DNA of 40,313 nt, from sequence record MT496969.1. One strand, 5' to 3'. The position numbers were made by a program, and so were the translations under genes. Every line of letters starts with the position of its first letter. Positions within the stretch are counted from its first letter, which is position 1. Below, piece by piece: positions 37,903 to 40,313 of the stretch. The notes under the pieces are model-generated. The model was not told the origin of the DNA. It saw only the letters and a program-made list of their open reading frames with translations, and made no database searches. This DNA is from Escherichia phage Mt1B1_P3.

Positions 37903-38250
37903 TTACACTTCCACCGATACAGTGGTCATCTTGCTTACAGTCAGCCCACCAGCAAGCTCAACCGCATAGCGTATCGCCTCCTCTTTGGACTTGAAGTCCT
38001 TTCCTGCAAGGTGGTAAATATCACCTGTTATTACCTTAGAAGGCCGGCGACTCACCGCAATGGCGTTTTCCATGGCAAGCTCACCACGGATATACTGAGT
38101 AAACCAGCGCTTCACCGAACTCGTTCCCACCCCGAACTTTTGGGCGGTTTCAGTCACCCTATCCATAACTCCCTCAGGCAGAGAGGTGTAGTAGTTAACA
38201 ACGTTGAGTTTAAATGCTACCGAGAATACATTGCGAGTTTTAGCAGTCAT
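37903..38250 (-). CDS. Early protein with transposase-type helix-turn-helix N-terminus (115 aa)
   Basis: FSVAFKLNVVNYY...TETAQKFGVGTSSVKRWFTQY resembles the IS3/IS911 OrfA HTH signature (FSxEFKLxVV...G.S...V..W..Y); GAAGGA RBS. Confidence 0.65.
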   Translation of the reverse strand: MTAKTRNVFSVAFKLNVVNYYTSLPEGVMDRVTETAQKFGVGTSSVKRWFTQYIRGELAMENAIAVSRRPSKVITGDIYHLAGKDFKSKEEAIRYAVELAGGLTVSKMTTVSVEV

Positions 38251-38269
38251 TATTCTTTCCTTCTGTAGT

Positions 38270-38328
38270 TATCAAGTGGTAATCACTCAGGCCACCATGT
38301 AGATGACCTGTAGTTTAACACTCAGTAC
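38270..38328 (-). promoter_or_regulatory. Putative RNase III processing hairpin (early region)
   Basis: Minus RNA can pair CAGGUCAU with GUGGCCUG (8 bp incl. G-U) around a 7-nt loop, flanked by imperfect lower stem. Confidence 0.45.
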
Positions 38329-38352
38329 CCACCTGTCAGCGTTATGGTCAGG

Positions 38353-38520
38353 CTATGGTAAATATTTCTTGTCCTCAGCGTGTAGGCTGTCGTGTATGCG
38401 CTTGCGTCTCCTGTAGACCACTTTCAAGAGGCGCATAGACTCCTCGTGGTTTAATCTCCCGGTCTTGACCATAAGCCGGGCGTTGGTGACGTGGTGCTGG
38501 CAGAGACCATAAGTTACCAT
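38353..38520 (-). CDS. Small early ORF (55 aa), hypothetical
   Basis: Hand translation MVTYGLCQHHVTNARLMVKTGRLNHEESMRLLKVVYRRRKRIHDSLHAEDKKYLP; ATG overlaps Ocr stop (TGATG), GAGGAGG 10 nt upstream. Confidence 0.4.
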   Translation of the reverse strand: MVTYGLCQHHVTNARLMVKTGRLNHEESMRLLKVVYRRRKRIHDSLHAEDKKYLP

Positions 38521-39050
38521 CACTCGCAGTCCTCCTCAGCAGCCTCAGGATCGAACACTACGTTATCGTTGATGTCTTCGACCTGCATGTGAAAACCTTC
38601 CTCATAGAGTTCTTTTGCACATGCAATAGCCTCGCAAAGTGATACAGCTGCCTCAATTATCTCGCCTGTTCTAGTGTCAACTACCCAATATTCAGCCTTT
38701 TCGTCCTCCTCTTCAGCCTTTTCGTCTTCCTCTTCAGCCTCAAACCAGACCACCTCAGAGCTATTAGACACATCGTTATACAGTGCCTCATAGATGCGAG
38801 CTTGTAGTATACGCGTTACGTCCTTGGTCTCAGGCATCAGCCCAGAGTCTTCGAACTCATTGTCAATACCATCAGCAGCCATCACCGTGTAAATCTCGTG
38901 GTAATAATGCGGAACATTACCGTCTACGACCTCATGCAGCGCATCACTGTAGTCATCGCCTTCAGCTATTTCGTCGCACTGAATACGCTCATTGAACAGC
39001 TCAACGGTTGCAGCCAGCAGCTCATAGTATGCGTTAGCGTTACGTTCCAT
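38520..39050 (-). CDS. ocr: Ocr-like DNA-mimic anti-restriction protein (gp0.3) with C-terminal extension
   Basis: Core [47 protein letters not shown] matches T7 Ocr ([46 protein letters not shown]); 176 aa vs 117 aa in T7, with duplicated EEDEKAE and about 55 extra C-terminal residues. Confidence 0.9.
   Translation of the reverse strand: [176 protein letters not shown]
38690..38740. repeat. 21-bp tandem duplication inside ocr (encodes EEDEKAE x2)
   Basis: cagccttttcgtcctcctctt / cagccttttcgtcttcctctt adjacent copies on plus strand. Confidence 0.8.
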
Positions 39051-39065
39051 AGTTATATCCTCTCA

Positions 39066-39124
39066 GTTGTTAGTGACTATCAGTCAGGCCGCTATAAGTC
39101 TAACGACCTGTAGTTAATCACTCT
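39066..39124 (-). promoter_or_regulatory. Putative RNase III processing hairpin (R0.5-like)
   Basis: GTTAGTGACTATCAGTCAGGCCGC-loop-ACGACCTGTAGTTAATCACT; imperfect long hairpin between first early ORF and ocr. Confidence 0.45.
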
Positions 39125-39378
39125 CAGTTAGCGAAATAAGGAGCTGAGACGCCCGCTGTAGGACTCACGGTTATCTGCGAATCTATCAGGTAGGTCTCGT
39201 TGTCTATGCGCACAGTATCTATGCTGTAGTTGCTGAACGGCTTGCTTGAGACCTTGCGCACTACCACACGGTGACGCGCTCCTGTCATCTCTTTAAGCTG
39301 AATCCACGCATAACCTTTAGTGTTCACGAATACTTCATTGTGATTAGTGATTGTGCTTAAGTGTTTCATAGTGTTCAT
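39124..39378 (-). CDS. First early ORF (84 aa), hypothetical
   Basis: Open frame fills the interval between two RNase III-like elements upstream of ocr; no obvious Shine-Dalgarno; no recognised motif. Confidence 0.45.
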   Translation of the reverse strand: MNTMKHLSTITNHNEVFVNTKGYAWIQLKEMTGARHRVVVRKVSSKPFSNYSIDTVRIDNETYLIDSQITVSPTAGVSAPYFAN

Positions 39379-39385
39379 CCGTTAA

Positions 39386-39449
39386 GTTAGTGACTATCAG
39401 TCAGGGCCTTCAGATGTAGACTCAAAGGCCCTGTAGTTAGTCGCTATCT
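39386..39449 (-). promoter_or_regulatory. Putative RNase III processing hairpin (R0.3-like) in early leader
   Basis: Perfect 8-bp inverted repeat AGGGCCTT (39403-39410) / AAGGCCCT (39425-39432) with 14-nt loop, flanked by imperfectly complementary arms. Confidence 0.5.
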
Positions 39450-39678
39450 GCGTACATTAAGAGTTTATCCAGATTGTTAAAGAGCATTGTTGGCTGTCCA
39501 ACTCGGGGTATTGCGTAGTTCCCAACGTTCTCTGTTACCGCGCTATAGGTAGTAACTTAGTATCCGACAATCAGACCTTCTTCACTCGGTGAAGCCCGGC
39601 CCCTCAATTTACTCTTAGTGAGGCGGTTAGAGTGTACCTGCTACCAATTCCGTGGTGGCGTCTTACTGCTTTAGATTC

Positions 39679-39708
39679 ATAATACTTTAATTATATACTT
39701 CTTGTCAA
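39679..39708 (-). promoter_or_regulatory. Candidate host sigma70 early promoter
   Basis: Minus strand TTGACA (plus 39703-39708) then 18 nt then TATTAT (plus 39679-39684); correct orientation for early genes. Only one of the expected multiple early promoters could be picked out by eye. Confidence 0.35.
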
Positions 39709-39999
39709 CTACTTTCTGTCGGTTGCCTGTTGTTCGTATGTCTTACAGGCTGACTACTTAACCGGACCGGACCGGCGTCTTCACTATCCGGTTGTTGCCG
39801 TGTCGTGTTGACGGAAGCTATTAGGCCATATCCTTGACCTATAGTCAATAGGTAATTTGAAATAATACTGATTAAGCTATCGTCGGCCTCATGGTGTAAG
39901 AGGATATAGTCTTTGACTAACATGTCTTGGACCTTAAGTCTATAGCTCTGTGTCTAGTAACTGTAGATCTATGACTGTAGGTGTTGGTGTCTTATGGTT

Positions 40000-40076
40000 G
40001 AGACTGTAGGTTAGTGAGACTGTAGGTTAGTGAGACTGTAGGTTAGTGAGACTGTAGGTTAGTGAGACTGTAGGTG
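40000..40076. repeat. Tandem 16-bp repeats (gagactgtaggttagt x4.8) adjacent to right DTR
   Basis: Four exact copies plus a partial one, preceded by a degenerate copy at 39971-39983. Confidence 0.9.
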
Positions 40077-40111
40077 TAGGACGTAATGTTATACTATAAC
40101 ACTATACAGAT

Positions 40112-40313
40112 AGAGACTCAAAGAAGACCTATAGCCTCTACCTATCGTCCTTCCATAAGCCATAGCCTAGACCTATCGTTGACCTGAAGTCCTGACCATC
40201 GGTCCAACCTTATGACAGACTGGCTGTGACTGCAAGGAGTAGTAACGGGTAGGGCCTTTGGTCTGGACTTAAAGAGGGCCTATGGGGAGACTTGAGGTTC
40301 TTGAACTGTGAGA
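40112..40313. repeat. Right direct terminal repeat (DTR)
   Basis: Identical to bases 1-202. Confidence 0.85.

Noticed and set aside
37270-39378. Search for a gp0.7-like protein kinase in the early region
   Set aside because: No ORF of suitable size or with kinase motifs was found; only small ORFs and Ocr are present.
39824-39930. Plus-strand TTGACC and TTGACT hexamers in the early leader
   Set aside because: Wrong orientation for genes that are all on the minus strand, and no well-spaced -10 partner.
40000-40076. Tandem 16-bp repeats considered as a possible CRISPR array
   Set aside because: Units are directly adjacent with no spacers and no cas genes are present; this is a terminal short-repeat array.
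40112-40313. Right-end copy of bases 1-202 as evidence of a second genome or circular permutation
   Set aside because: Length and position fit direct terminal repeats of a linear T7-like genome; gene content is single-copy.

Overview
The window is one complete T7-like podovirus genome (Autographiviridae, closest in content to Escherichia phage K1F and relatives), presented as the reverse complement of the usual T7 map. Bases 1-202 are repeated at 40112-40313 (direct terminal repeats), so the unit genome is about 40.1 kb. Every supported gene is on the minus strand, running from the early region at the right (39.4 kb) to the packaging and lysis genes at the left (0.4-3.7 kb). Recognised by reading the translations: Ocr, RNA polymerase, gp1.1, gp1.2, ligase, gp1.6, gp1.7, gp2, SSB, endonuclease I, lysozyme, primase-helicase, DNA polymerase, gp5.5, gp5.7, exonuclease, gp6.5, gp6.7, gp7, gp7.3, portal, scaffold, capsid 10A/10B, tail tubular A and B, internal virion proteins gp13-16, an endosialidase tailspike, holin, small terminase, spanin, large terminase and gp19.5. 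Ten copies of a phage promoter (minus-strand consensus CTAAACTATCACTATAGGGA) sit upstream of gene blocks, with a Tphi-like terminator after the capsid gene and conserved RNase III-like hairpins between transcription units. I see no single obviously new multi-gene system. The candidates for novelty are small genes that replace or supplement the T7 set: a coupled 156-aa gene between endonuclease I and lysozyme, a DUF3850/ASCH-like gene between tail tubular A and B, an Ocr with a C-terminal extension, an early HTH protein, and a non-acidic protein where T7 has gp5.9. No T7 gp0.7 kinase, gp5.9 or HNH homing endonuclease homolog was recognised. Nothing was searched or computed; all homology calls are from memory of T7-family proteins, and coordinates of items shorter than 60 aa were derived by hand.
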